This document shows, one piece after another, positions 12,960-26,500 of a stretch of DNA of 64,000 bases. Both the position numbers and the translations under genes were made by a program. Position 1 is the stretch's first letter, and each line of letters opens with the position of its first letter. This stretch comes from Azolla caroliniana (Eukaryota; Plantae; Polypodiophyta): assembly GCA_043228905.1 (NCBI GenBank), contig JBHGNT010000013.1:2418001-2482000 (forward strand), given 5' to 3'. The notes beneath the pieces are model-generated. The model saw nothing but the letters and a program-made list of their open reading frames with translations, was not told the DNA's origin and did not search any database.

Positions 12960-13786
12960 ACTTTTACTCCAAGAGTTGGCTCTGTCCCGCTTCGGTTACA
13001 ACATCCAATTTGTTAGCTAACTCTATTTTTCATCACACTAGTTTGGCCATGACATTTATTACTCTAGTGACGAAGGGTGCATATGTGTCTTTCCTTGATT
13101 CCATGAGGGTCGATGTGTACACGTGGTATTGACCACTCCCTATAATCATCCTACTTTTATTACGAGTGTAGTTACGTCATACTGAGTTGTTGTGGGTTAA
13201 TTCACGTTAGAAAGAGGGAGAGGATTGAAGACATTCAACTCTACGACTCCTAAAGAATACACTATTCTACACCGAGACTCTGTAGTGTGGCAACCTCTAG
13301 TTGACAATCTCTTGAGTCCTTTTGGCTACCAAGGTACAACCCTCATATGTCCGCCATGGTATAGGACACCAATGGGCAAGTGGGCCCATCTCTCACCATT
13401 GGTAGGGGATGGTTGGGCGAACGTACACTCTCTTTCTAACCTTCTCTTGAATTATTATTTTCATCTTTTACTTATATAGAATAAAAAATCGGTTAAACGT
13501 GCCATTCGATTAAAGTATGTCATTCAATTAAACGTGCTTTTTTTTGGAGGCCAAAATCTAGATAAAAAAATTGCATTGTTTCATGAAAAAATTACTTCAA
13601 TCCAAATCAAAACTATATTCCAAACATTCAATTTAATATATTCATTCTTCTCTTATCATTTCATTCCTCTCTTCTTGTGATCTCGTTATATCTTTCTTCT
13701 ATCACTCTGTCTTCTGTCTTGGTTCTGACCGTTAGATTCGAATTCCTCTCTCTCCTTTTATCCTCCTCTATAAACATCACGAAACC

Positions 13787-14865
13787 ATGGCTGCCATTAA
13801 CTCAGAAGAATATCTCACCCTTCTTGTTGAAATCGAGAAACTTAAATCCAAGTTCGCATCTCTTGAATTAGAGAATCAACGTCTTCTTGGAGATCTACAA
13901 AAGGTTACTGTGGAGAAGCAACAACAACAAGAGGAGTTTACGCGACGGGTGCAAGAACTAGAGACAACAATCGTAATTTTACAGCAACAAAGGGGCGGAG
14001 GTCAAGGAATTATCAAGGAGCCCAAAATCAGCCTTCTTGTTAAATTTGATTGTTCGAGGGCGCATTTCCGAGGTTTCTTGAATCAAGTGCGGTTCGTAAT
14101 TCAAATGCATCCCACGTGTTATCCGATAGATGCATCTCGAGTTGGGTTAGTGGGAACCTTATTGACTGGCATAGCGTTGTTGTGGTTTGCTCCATTATTA
14201 GAAACAAATTCTCTTCTACTCCATAATTTCGAAGAATTTGTCAAAGAATTTAAGGCTTGCTTTGGAGATACCGATGGGGCAAGAACCACGATCAACAAGA
14301 TTTGTACACTACGTCAAGGTGATCAGCCAACATCAACATATGCAACCAATTTTTGGCTCATCGCAAGCGATATTTCTTGGGACGAACAAGCCCTAATTGA
14401 GCAGTTTCGTTCCGGGGTTCTTAGCAATGTAAATGAATGACTTCTTACATTCCCCGAGGATCCACAATATCTTACTAAAGCTAGTAGTCGAGCAATACGG
14501 TGCGATAATCGTCTTTTTGAGCGTCGATGTGAACGACAACAAATAACAAGATCAAGATTCATACCAATTTATGCTCTGTCTCGATGATCATATCTCACAC
14601 TTCGGGGTGGAATTCCGGCCTTTGAGAATCAAAAGCAAATTATCCTAGGACCATCAAAGCCTCAAGCAACAACAGTTTATGTCACTCCGCTTGAATCAAG
14701 CCTTGTGGATATAATTCGGCAACGTCTTCACTCTGATGATTTCGCTCAGGATGTCTTACCCCACATTAGGCCAAGCCATGCATCTTGCTTGACTTTGCAA
14801 GGGTCATCTCAACACTATCAGGAATTCAAATACCATGATGTCTTACTCTTTTACAACAATCTCCT
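13787..14865 (+). pseudogene. Ty3/Gypsy gag plus pol remnant (copy 2 of 1709-2770)
   Basis: ORF 13787-14440 MAAINSEEYL...; near-identical to 1709-2770. Confidence 0.85.
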
Positions 14866-14878
14866 TGTGAAAGTTCCT

Positions 14879-17260
14879 TGTGAAAGTTAGTGTGCGGAAG
14901 CATATGCCAAACCGGCTCTGCTAGATAGTAACAGTAAAGAGAAGAATGTTTTATGGAAGCTTAACATAGAGAATAAGCATACACAAGAGAGAGAGAGAGA
15001 GAGAAACATAAAACTCTATTAAAAAATAACACTTTGTAACTATGTACATAGAATGTGCTCGAGAGAGCACTTTTATACAAGTCCATAAAGGACTGACGAA
15101 AATTCTGACGGGTATTTCGTCCAAGCATCGAATACAAGGTTCTTGGCGAGCTGTATGTTGCTTACGTTGTGACAATAAATCAAGATTGGGCTCGGCACCT
15201 CAATCAGGAGGTCTCACAGGAGTTGCCGAAGCCAGATTGATGCACAGGTGGCAATGGTATCACCCGGGTATTCAGCATCAGTGCTCGACAGAGCCACTGT
15301 TGGCTGCTTTTTGCTGCTCCACGCAACAACCACACTACCAAGAGAAAACATGTAACCGGAGGTGGATTGGTGATCCGATGCATCACCAGCCCAGTCGGCA
15401 TTGGTATATCCGACTAGCTTCCCAGCGATACCATGTCGGTATAATAGTCCCCGGTCCTTCGTGCCGCTAACATACAAGAGTATCTAGTGTGCGCACTAAA
15501 GGTGCTCGACGGTCGGCTTTTGCATGAACTGGTTGATTTCTCCGACCGGGTAATTGATGTTCGGTCGAGTGATTGGCAAGTATAAGAGGCTTCCGACAAT
15601 TGTTCGGAACTATTTCTCATCGCAAGCCGGACCGGAGTCGGGATAAAGCTTCAGGTTCCAGTCTAGGGGTGTGGAGATCTGTCAACATTCCGTCATGCCA
15701 AACTTGTACAACATATTCAACACATATTGTCTTTGTGAGAGCAATATGCCATCGGGGGGTTAGGATTACCTCAATACCAAGAAAATAATGAAGGTCTCCT
15801 AGGTCCTTCATTTCAAATGCGTCCGACAACTTGGACTTCACTGTGCCGATTTCATCTAGTCTGGGTCTAGTGATGACTAAATCATCAACATATAGCAGGA
15901 TATAGACCGGACCATTCGGAACTTTCCGGATGAATAGTGATGAGTTGGACTTTGAGGCTGCAAACTCCATCTTACGCAACCGGTGCGTGATCTTCGCATT
16001 CCAAGCTCGGTGGGCTTGCTTCAGACCGTAAAACAACTTCTTGAGTCAAAATACTGCCGACTTGTTCATCTCCGATTGGAATCCGAGGGGTTGGATCATA
16101 TAGACCCATTCTTCGATGCCACCTTGAAGAAAAACATTCTTCATGTCCATTTGGTGAAGACGCCATCCCCTTACCGCAACAACAACCAATACCACACGAT
16201 CTGTCGTCATCTTCGCTACCGGAGCAAAGGTCTCATCGTAGTTGATTCCGTGGGTCTATGCGTATCCCTTTGTCACTAACCAGGCCTTGCACCGGTTGAC
16301 TGAAGCATCAACATTGTACTTGACCTTATATACCCATTTGCAACCGATCGGTTTACACTGTTAGGGAGGGTCAACTAGGTCCCATGTATAGTATACATCA
16401 AGTACTCGGATTTCTTCCTCCATAGCAGCACGCCAATTGTCGTCTTGTGCTGCTTTTGTGTAGCTCTACAGCTCACGCACTTCCGCCACCTTGGTCATGT
16501 ACGCATAGTGATGCGCCATGTACTCATTGTACCCATACCTCATGACGGTCTTCTTTTGACGGGTTCACCATCGTAACTTCCTGTTACCTGGTTTGAGGCC
16601 CTTCTTGGCCGATTTAGAATTCCTTTTTGAAGATCCGCCTTCTTCCTTTCCGGGTTAAGATTTGTTCTGGTCCAACCCTTTAGTGCTAGTATCATATTTC
16701 GGCATCTTCTTCTTCCTCTTGTCTTTGCGCGTGAACCGTCTCCTCGGTTTCTTGCGCGGGGAGAGCACGACAAATTCTCCACTACTCGCTGGTTCTTCAT
16801 CCGACTGGTCATCCCGACTCAGCCACTTAGCCAGAATGAGATCAGACTCTCATCTAGAGTACCGAATCCTTCATATTCTTCTTGAACCCCTCTACGTTAA
16901 CAAGCTTCATCCTCCGGAATCGGGTCTTCGTCGGGACTTGGAGTTGGTAGGGAGTACCGTTATGCCGACTCATCGAACTCGACATCTCAACTTACTTGTA
17001 CCTATTTAGTCTGGGGGTTATAACACTTATACCTATTTTGCTCATGCAAGTAACCCACTAGGATTCACTTCTCTAACATCGGATCCAACTTCTTACGCTT
17101 CTCATCCGGTACATGCACATATGCTATGCTACCAAAGATCCGAAGATGTCTCAAATTCGGCTTTTGCCCGAAATACAACTCATGTGCCGACACCTCGTCC
17201 TGGATCCGGTTTTGGATGTAGAAACGCCTCAGCCTAGTAGAATTTGGGCATGCTCTTCTC
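14879..17260 (-). mobile_element. Deleted Ty1/Copia: partial LTR, RH/RT and integrase fragments (copy 2)
   Basis: Same LTR junction as 2787; YGLKQA, LLYVDD, AWSSKKQPTVALSS, FGSIAYVHVP motifs. Confidence 0.9.
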
Positions 17261-17289
17261 CTCCTACATTGCCCTTGCAGCGTCGACAA

Positions 17290-19380
17290 TTGATCGTTGC
17301 GTGACTCCGGTGGGAACCGTTGGGGTTTTGGACTAGGAAGAGAAAGAATTTGAGACGAGTTTATAGTTATGGATAGATTATTAGAAAGAGAGATAGAAAT
17401 TTCGTGAATCCCACGAGTGTATTGTATTTGATTGATCAATATTTAGATAAGAATATGTAGAAGATTGAAAGAAAAAGATTAAAAAGAACTTGTGAATCCC
17501 ACAAGTATAGATTATGTCGTGAATCCCACGAATATAGTTTGTTAATTGGTGTTTTAGGAAATATATCCAATTTCCAAATAATCCACACACTTATTACATT
17601 GTGCTCCCCATCCTTATATGGTGATGAGAGAGTCTTCACAATCCATGCTTAAACTTTATGCTTTTCCTATCAATAGACTATATGCTTTATTTAACATGCT
17701 TTTTCGAAAGTGATCATGCTTTTTCTAATATGTGCATTTTTTATTGACTATAGTGATGATGCACGCTACATGTGCATGTGTAGCCTTGCCCTGGAGGTGC
17801 AAGGTTCAAATCTTGCCTTGTGCATGTAATGCTTGTTTGATATTTTCTTCTTTTTTCTTCATATTTATTCAATCGGTTATTTTATATTATTTTCATGTAG
17901 TGTACTAAATACACTACGACACTCGCCCCCTCCAAACCCACACATCCTCCGGCATGTGCCGAAGTTGTCAGTGATTGTTAGCCTTCTCCGTCCGGTCTCC
18001 GCCTGGTTGGTTTCGTCAGTAGTCGTTTTCGTTTTCCGGCTCCGTCTGTTCGCCGGTTTTCAGTTGCGTGCTCAACCCGGTTTCCGGTTACTGGCCCTCG
18101 TAATTCTTCTTTACTTGTAGTACCCTCCATTTCTCTTGCTATGTCCACTTTGTCTCTCCATTTCGAGAACAACCATTCTTTCCACCCAACCCATTTTCAC
18201 CATCGGATCCACCATAGTCTTCGTTCACTCATTGCATAGCCATGGCTGATTGTCGCAACTCCTCGTGCTCTTCTTGAGCATAACCATTCATGTCTTGTCA
18301 AATTTGCTTGGCCTGCTTGGTCCTTCTTATCTGTGGTAGTGCCTTTACTTGGCCTTGTCCTTGTCTTTATCAATGTCGAATTCTTTTCGAATCTCCGGTT
18401 GAGTCGGATTGGCTTCTTTCCAAATTGGTGTCGTCCGATTGTCTTTCGGTTGGATCGGCTTCCGTTCCGATTTGGAGGTGGTTGATTGGTTTTTACCGAT
18501 TTGGCCCCCTTTCGGATCGGTTTAGACCAATCGGTTTCTATCAGTATTTGCTTCCTTTTCCTTGTTTTCACCGGCCTCGTCGACCTCCGGCATTTCTTTC
18601 CGGATCAGCTTCGTCTGGTTCGCTTTTGGTTGGAATGATTTCCGTCCGCATGGAACTCGACGAATTGGATTTTGTCCGAATCCACTTCCGCTTGCTTTAG
18701 CTTTCGTTTAGACCGGAATTCCGGTCGGATCATCTTCCGTCTGAACCCACTTTCAGCTTTATATTCTTTGCTCCCACCTCCCGTCTCTCTGGTCTCACGT
18801 TGGTTCTCGGACACAACCGCCAAAGTCTCTAGAATTAGTGGGTAGGAATCCTCAGTATTATCGTCCTCCGTCGTTTCACCCATAGCCACCTTCTCGGCTA
18901 TCTCTCCATCGTATGCATTGTCTTCGACCTTTGTTTTCTCTTCGTCACCTTCCGTCTCTTCGGTCTGACGTTGCCTTCTACATGCAACTGCCGGAGTCTC
19001 TGGAATTAGTGATGGGAAATTCTCGATATGGTCATCCGACATTGATTCGTCCATAGCCACCTCCGATTCGATGTAATGTTTTGTAGCGACCTCCTTAATC
19101 AAGTCCGCCTCGCACTCTTTATCTCCATCAATTATGAAAGCATCTATTATGCTTACCTCTTTCTCATCCAATGTCTTGAACACTCGTATCCCGAAATCTC
19201 CTTCTACACTTGAAGTGGTGTTCGCCACTCTTAGCTTATGAGTCTTATCCTTCGTCGTCGTTCTTTCGCAAGACAAGAGGGTAGCTTGTTCTACACCCTC
19301 TCCCGTGGTACCTTCGTATTGTATTTCGGCCTTCATGTCGGCTACATCGTTTATCCTCAATCGACCATCCTTCATGAGCC
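17290..19380 (-). mobile_element. 3' half of the Trp-primed gag-only LTR element: gag tail (18605-19375), 3' UTR, PPT (17922-17937), 3' LTR (~17290-17921)
   Basis: ORF matches the C-terminal half of 4916-6202; GTTTGGAGGGGGCGAG PPT abuts LTR start TGTCGTAG; no pol motifs between gag and PPT. Confidence 0.8.
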
Positions 19381-21415
19381 ATCCATTCCAGCTCCTGCTT
19401 TTCCTCTCAAGTGCGGCACGTTGAGATGCGAAATGCCGAGCATCTCCGAAAATGCTGCAACTTGTATGATCTGAGCGGCTTGGTGAAGATGTCCGCTACC
19501 TACTGATCCGTGTGACCATATCAAAATTCAACATCACCGCTCAGAACCCGCTCACGCACAAAGTGATAGTGCACTTCTATGTGCTTCGTCCGAGCATAGA
19601 GTACAGGGTTCTTGGCGAGCTGTAGGTTCCTTATGTTATCACCATAAATCAAGATTCGGCTCGGCACCTCGATCAGGAGATCTCACAGGAGTCGCCGAAG
19701 CCAGATGGCTTCACAGGTGGCAATGGTAGCGCCTGGGTATTCAGGCTCAGTGCTCCACAGAGCCACTGTTGGCTACTTTTTGCTGCTCCACGCAACAACC
19801 GCACTACCAAGTGAAAACATGTAACCAGAGGTGGATTGGAGATCTGATGCATCACCAACCCAATCATCATCGGTATATCCGACTAGCTTCCTAGCTCTAC
19901 CGTGTCAGTATAATAGTCCCCAATCCTTTGTGCCGCTAACATACCGAAGTATCTAGTGTGCGCACTAAAGCTGCTCGACGGTCGGCTTTTGCATGAACTG
20001 GCTGATCACTCCGATCGGGTAACTGATGTTGGGTCGAGTGATTGTCATGTATATGAGGCTTCCGACAATTGGACGGAACTATTTCTCATCGCAGGCCGGG
20101 ACGGAGTCGGGACAAAGCTTTAGGTTCAAGTCTAGGGGTGTGGAGATCGGTCGACATTCCGTCATCCCGAACTTGTAGAACATATTCAACACATACTGTC
20201 TTTGTGAGAGCAACATGCCATCGAGGGGTTCGAATAACCTCAATCCCATGAAAATAATAAAGGTCCCCTAGGTCCCCTAGGTCCGATAACTGGGACTTCA
20301 ATCTGCCGATTTCATCTAGTCCAGGTCCAGTGATGACTAAATCATCAACATATGGCAGGATACAGACCGGAACGTTCAGACCGTTCCGGATGAACAATGA
20401 CGAGTTGGACTTTGCGGCTGCAAACCCCATCTGACGGAACTGGTGCGTGATCTTCATATTCCAAGCTCGGTGGGCTTGCTTTAGACCGTAAAACGACTTC
20501 TTGAGTCAAAATACTGCCGACTTGTTCATCTCCGATTGGAATCTGAGGGGTTGGATCATATAGACCCGTTCTTCAAGGCCACCTTGAAGAAAAAAATTCT
20601 TCATGTCCATTTGGTGAAGACTCCATCCCCTTACCGCAACAACAACCAATACCACACGAACCGTCGTCATCTTCGCTACCGGAGCAAAGGTCTCATCGTA
20701 GTTGATTCCGTGGGTCTATGCATATCCCTTTGCTAATAACCGGGCCTTGTACCAGTTGACTGAAGCGTCAACATTATACTACACCTTATATACCCATTTG
20801 CAACTGATCGGTTTACACTATCAGGGAGGGTCAACTAGGTCGCATGTATCGTTGGCATCAAGTACCCGCATTTCTTCCTTCATTGCAGCATGCCAATTTG
20901 CATCTTTTGCTACTTCTGTGTAGCTCTCCGGCTCACGCACTTCCGCCAGCTTAGTCATGTACGCATAGTAATGCACCATGTACTCATTGTACCTGTACCT
21001 CATGACGGTTTTCTTTTGACGGGTTGACTTGCGTAACTTCCTGTTAACCGGTTTGAGGCCCTTCTTGGCTGATTCAGACTTCCATTCTAAAGATCCGCCT
21101 TCTTCGTTTCCGGGGTAAGATTAGTTTTGGTCCAACCCTTTAGTGCTGGTATCGTATTCCGACATCTTCTTCTTCCCCTTCTCTTTGCACATGAACCGTC
21201 TCCTCGGTTCCTTGCGCAAGGAGAGCACGACAGAGTTTCCACTACTCCCTGGTTCTTCATCGAACTGGTCATCTCGACTCATCCACATAGCCAGAATGAG
21301 ATCAGACTCTCATCTAGAGTACCGAATCCTTCATCTTCTTCTGGAACACCTCTAGGTTAACTAGCCTCATCCTCCGGAATCAAGTCTTTGTCGGGACCTG
21401 GAGTAGGTAGGGAGT
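19381..21415 (-). mobile_element. Copia RNase H/RT fragment
   Basis: EPESYTEVAKDANW, PYVDDLVITG and RH motifs; multiple stops. Confidence 0.88.
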
Positions 21416-21429
21416 TCGTACATGTGACA

Positions 21430-22400
21430 CCTGTTGTTGAGCCAAAATACCCAATCATTGTCTTGATGGCTTGTTACAACCATTACCGCCTCCAACTAAG
21501 CCGTGATAGTCTATTTCTATGGATTTCATTACGGATCTGCCACCTTCAAAAGGATTTAATACTATTTTAACAGTAGTCGATCAATTTACGAAGATGGCAC
21601 ATTTTTTACCATCTGTAAACAACATCAGTAGTCAGGAAACCATAGATCTCATTGTGCATGAAGTGTCATCCACAAACTAAGGGACAAATCAAACGCTCGA
21701 GCAATATCTTCATTGCTTCATCAATTATCAACAACATGATTGTAGTAATATTTTACATCTTGCTTGGTTTGCATATAATAACAAGGTACACTCTTCTACT
21801 AAGGTTACACCTTTCTTTGCCTACAGTAGCAACCATCCTCGATGGTGTATCCAAGATCTTCTTGAGGTCACACGAAACTGTAGTGCAAAGCATTAGCTTC
21901 ATCGACTACACCAAATCCAGTTAGTGTTATCTTCACATCTTCAAATATCGTAAGCACAACATAAGACTAATGCAAATCACCATCATCTTATGTCTCCATT
22001 TAAGGTTGGTGACCGAGTATGGTTGATTCGTCGTCACGTCAAGACTAACCGACCCTGTGAGATACTCGATTATCAGTGCTTAGGTCATTTTCTCATCACG
22101 GCGTGGATTAACGATGCAACCTTTCGTCTTAACCTTCCAGCACACATGCGGCTTCACCCAATCTTTCATAGCTCTCTTTTGGAACCTTGTCACACCTCTT
22201 CCATTCCTAATCGAGTCGTGCCACCTCCGCCCCCAATCCAACTTGTTGACGGCCCTGAATATGAGATAGCAACTATTCTCGATTCTAAGATTGTGCGTAA
22301 TAAGCTCTATTATTTGGTTGATTGGGTAGGCTATCGTCCAAGTGATCGCACTTGGGAACCCGTCAATAATGTTTCTAATGCTCAAGCTCTTGTCGACGAC
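21430..22400 (+). mobile_element. Gypsy integrase C-terminus and chromodomain fragment
   Basis: ORF 21990-22454: FKVGDRVWL...HPIFHSSLL, chromodomain YEIATILDS...YYLVDWVGY...TWEP. Confidence 0.9.
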
Positions 22401-22549
22401 TTCATGGACATAAACATCATGGCTTCACCTAGGCTTGAACCCAAGACCTTGTAATACATAATGAAGAACCCAACCATTAACATAGCCTATGATAATATGA
22501 GATGATAAAGGCTACTTCTTGTAATACACTGATTATTGTATATACTCAG

Positions 22550-22600
22550 GAACATTCTAGAACATTCTAGAATATCCTAGAACATCTTAGAATATTCTAG
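22550..22600. promoter_or_regulatory. Heat-shock-element-like array (alternating nGAAn/nTTCn) in LTR region
   Basis: GAAcaTTCtaGAAcaTTCtaGAAtaTCCtaGAAcaTCTtaGAAtaTTCta. Confidence 0.6.
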
Positions 22601-23475
22601 GTCTAGAACCTAATGGCTAGAGTTGAGTGGTCCTCTTTAGGAGGTCACGGGTTCGAGTCACCCTGAACCTCATGGGGTTTCATCTAATCGTCACACCATC
22701 TCCCTCCTTTGATTACGAGTTCTACGTGTCGTAATGCATGAATTGGGGCTTGGCTTATTTGGATATTGACGATGAAATTCAGCTACCAGATCAGAGGTGT
22801 TGTCAAGGTTCTCGGCTAGTTCCCAAGTACGATCATTAGGTGTATAACCTAACGAGTCGACTAGATAATAAAGCTTCTTATGTACTATCTTGGAGTCCAA
22901 AACAACTTTGACTTCAAGTTTTGGGCCGGAAACAAGTTGAACCGGAGGTGGGGGTAGAACAACCCTATTTAGAATGGAACTAGCATTGTAAGGTTCCAAC
23001 AATGAGACATGAAATACTGGGTGTAGATGCATGTGTGGGGGCAGATCAAGGCAAAATGCAACATCATTGATTTGATGAGAGATAATAAATGGACCAAGCC
23101 GTTGATAATAAGTGGACCAAGTGTAAAAAATCCACCCAATCATCCTGTTGATAATTGATGAAACATCGAAGATATTGTTCTAGAGTTTTATTTGTGCGTC
23201 TGTTTGACCGTCACTTTGTGGATGATAGGTTGAAGAAAGTTTACAAGAGACTTTGAGCATCTCAAGCAACTGTTTCCAGAATTTTGAGATGAATTGTGGG
23301 CCACAATCACTAATGATGTCATTTGGAAGACCATGAAGCTGAAATACTTCTTTCATAATGATGTCTGCAGTTTCTATACTATTGATAGTTTTCGTTCATG
23401 GAAGAAAATGCGCCATCTTTGTGAATCAATCTATTACAATGAGGATAGCATAGAAACTCTTTGAAAGTGGAAGAT

Positions 23476-23507
23476 TGTAAACGTGAGTGTTTGCGGAAGC
23501 GTAAAAC

Positions 23508-23540
<33 letters not shown>

Positions 23541-26500
23541 GCAGAACGTAATTTCAAAATTATATCAAGACTCTTTATACACACTGTGCTAAGTAGCACT
23601 ATTTATACAAGTCCTCTTGGGACTGACAGAAGTACCATGTACTTCAATGCTCACACGAGCATCTGACACTTACTACGAGACTATAGCTACCTATTAGTCT
23701 ATCCTATACTAGGCTTCCGATTGACTGCCAGTTACAGATTGCACCCGGCCTCCACTGCTTGCCGGTTCGGTTGCTCACCGTCATACCGATCCGTTTCGCC
23801 CGATCCGTCTCGTTTACCGGCTCCGGCTTATTCAGCCGATCCGGCTCCGGTTGAGCTTGCCGCTCAACACTCCCCCTCAAGCTCAACCTGAGGTGGGGTC
23901 ATAGTGTCGACCTCTGTGGCAGTCGGTTCTTCCAACCAACTTCTCCTGGCGTCACTCCGCCTTGCTTGCGCTCCTCGTCCAGTCCGGTCCCGTTTGCCAC
24001 GACCCCTTTGGTTCTGCGCGCCTCGACCCTCTCGGTCGGCATGTCTGCTGAATAGGCCCATCTCAGCACTCACGTTGCTGTGACTCCGGCACTTGCCGAT
24101 CTGTCGGTTCTCCCACGATGGCATCGACTTCCGCTGTGTCCGTGTCCCCTTGGCCTTCAGTCGATCCGACTCATCTGGATCCATCTGTTGATCCGAGTCA
24201 GCTGTCTCTGACTCGTTCCAGCTCTTGTCCGAATCGGTACACTCCGATTCGACTTCCGGCTTCAGGCCTCTCACCACATCGGACCACTTCCGTGTCTTGG
24301 CCTTCTCCATGCTTCCCTCGGCTTCTTCAGCCGGTGAACCGAAATCGAATTCTTCATTCGACTCTGTATCATGGTCAGTACCGTCGTGATGACCTCCGCA
24401 CAACATGCACTTCTCTTCCTGAGTGCACAACTCTTCTTCACAGCCGCTTGCTCCGACCTGTTCGGATGTGTCGACTTCCTTCGTCGACTCGGCTTCCTTC
24501 ATCTTCTTGTCTCCTCTTCTTCCAGCTCTCCTCTTATCGACGGGTTCAACAGTTTTTTTTTGGCCTTTGCCCGTTTCAATAGAGACTTTGCCCTTGCTTC
24601 TCACCCTCAAGTGCGGCACGTCGAGATGCTGAATACCAAGCATGTCGGTAAAGTGCTGCAACTTGTCCGATCCGAGCGGCTTGGTGAAGATGTCGGCAAC
24701 TTGCCGATCCGTATGAACATACCGTAGGTCAACTTCACTACTCAGGACCCGCTGACGCACGAAGTGGTAGTGCACCTCGATGTGCTTTGTGCAAGCATGG
24801 AACACAGGGTTCCTGGCGAGCTGCATGCTGCTCATGTTATCGCAGTAAATCGGGATCGGGGTCGGTACCTCGATCCGCAAGTCTTGCAGCAGTCGCTGAA
24901 GCCAGATGGCTACACAAGTGGCAACGGTAGCGGCCCGGTACTCAGCCTTAGTGCTTGACAAAGCCACTGTGGGCTGCTTCTTGCTGCTCCACGCAACGGC
25001 CGCACTACCTATGGAGAACATGTATCCGGAAGTGGAGCGGCGATCAGACCCATCGTCGGCCCAGTCAGCATCTGTGTAACTGACAAGCTCTTCGGGTATA
25101 CCTCGCCGGTATAGCAGTCCCCGGTCCTTAGTGTCGTTGACATACCGTAATATTCATTGCGCGCGCTGAAGGTGCTCCACGGTCGGCTTCTGCATGAACT
25201 GACTTACCATGCCGACCGGATAGCTGATGTCGGGTCGGGAGATGGTTAAGTAGATCAGGCTTCCGACAACCTGTCGGAACCGTTTCTCATTGTAGGCCGG
25301 TCCGGAGTTGGGACGGAGCTTCTGGTTCCGGTCTAGGGGTGTGGAGACAGGTCGGCAATCCGTCATGCCGAACTTATACAGCATATTCAACACGGAATGT
25401 CGTTGTGAGAGCAATATGCCGTCGGGGGTCCGGATCACTTCGATCCTAAGAAAATAATGAAGGTCCCCCAGGTCCTTCATTTCGAATGCGTCCGACAACT
25501 GGGACTTGACGCGGTTGATTTCGGGAAGACCTGGTCCGGTGATGACTAAATCATCCACATACAAGAGTATACATACCGGACCATCAAAGCCTTGCCGGAT
25601 GAACAACGAAGAGTCCGACTTAGAGACAACAAACCCCAGCTTACGCAACCGTTGCGTGATCTTCGCATTCCAAGCTTGGGGGGCTTGCTTCAAGCCGTAA
25701 AGCGACTTCTTCAGTCGGCATACCGCCGATTTGTTCATCTCCGATTGAAATCTGGGGGGCTGAGTCATAAAGACTTCTTCTTCAAGCTCTCCTTGAAGGA
25801 AGGCGTTCTTCACATCCATCTGGTGAAGATGCCACCCCCTTGTCATAGCAACCGCCAGTACCACACGAACCGTCGTCATCTTTGCCATAGGAGCAAAGGT
25901 CTCGTCGTAGTCAATTCCATGGGTCTACGTGTATCCCTTCGCCACTAACCAGGCTTTGTACCGGTTAACAGAACCGTCGGCGTTGTACTTGACCTTGTAC
26001 ACCCACTTGCATCCGATCGGTTTACAGTGACGGGGAGGATCGAGTGCCCACATTTCTTCGTCCATAGTGGCACGCCAATTTGCGTCCTTTGCCGCTTCTG
26101 CGTAGCTCTCCGGCTCACGCACTTCTGTCACCTTAGTCATGTACGCATAATGATGCGCCATGTATTCATTGTACCCGTACCGCATGACAGGATCCTTCTG
26201 ACGGGTTGATCGGCGCAACGCACCGTCACCTAATTTGAGGCCCTTCTTGGCCAGTTCGGTCTTCGTTGCCGAAGATCCACCTTTCTCCTTTCCGGAGTCG
26301 GATATGCACTAATCCGACTCATCGTTGCCGGTTTCGAATTCCGGCATCTTCCTCTTCCCTTTCTCTTTGCGCGTGAACCGTTTCCTTGGTTCCTTGCGCG
26401 GGGAGAGCATGAAAGAGTCTCCACCACTTGCCCTCTCTACATCCAACTGGTCCAACTGACTCAGTCGCTCGTTCGGTCCACTCAACCGTAACGATTCCAG

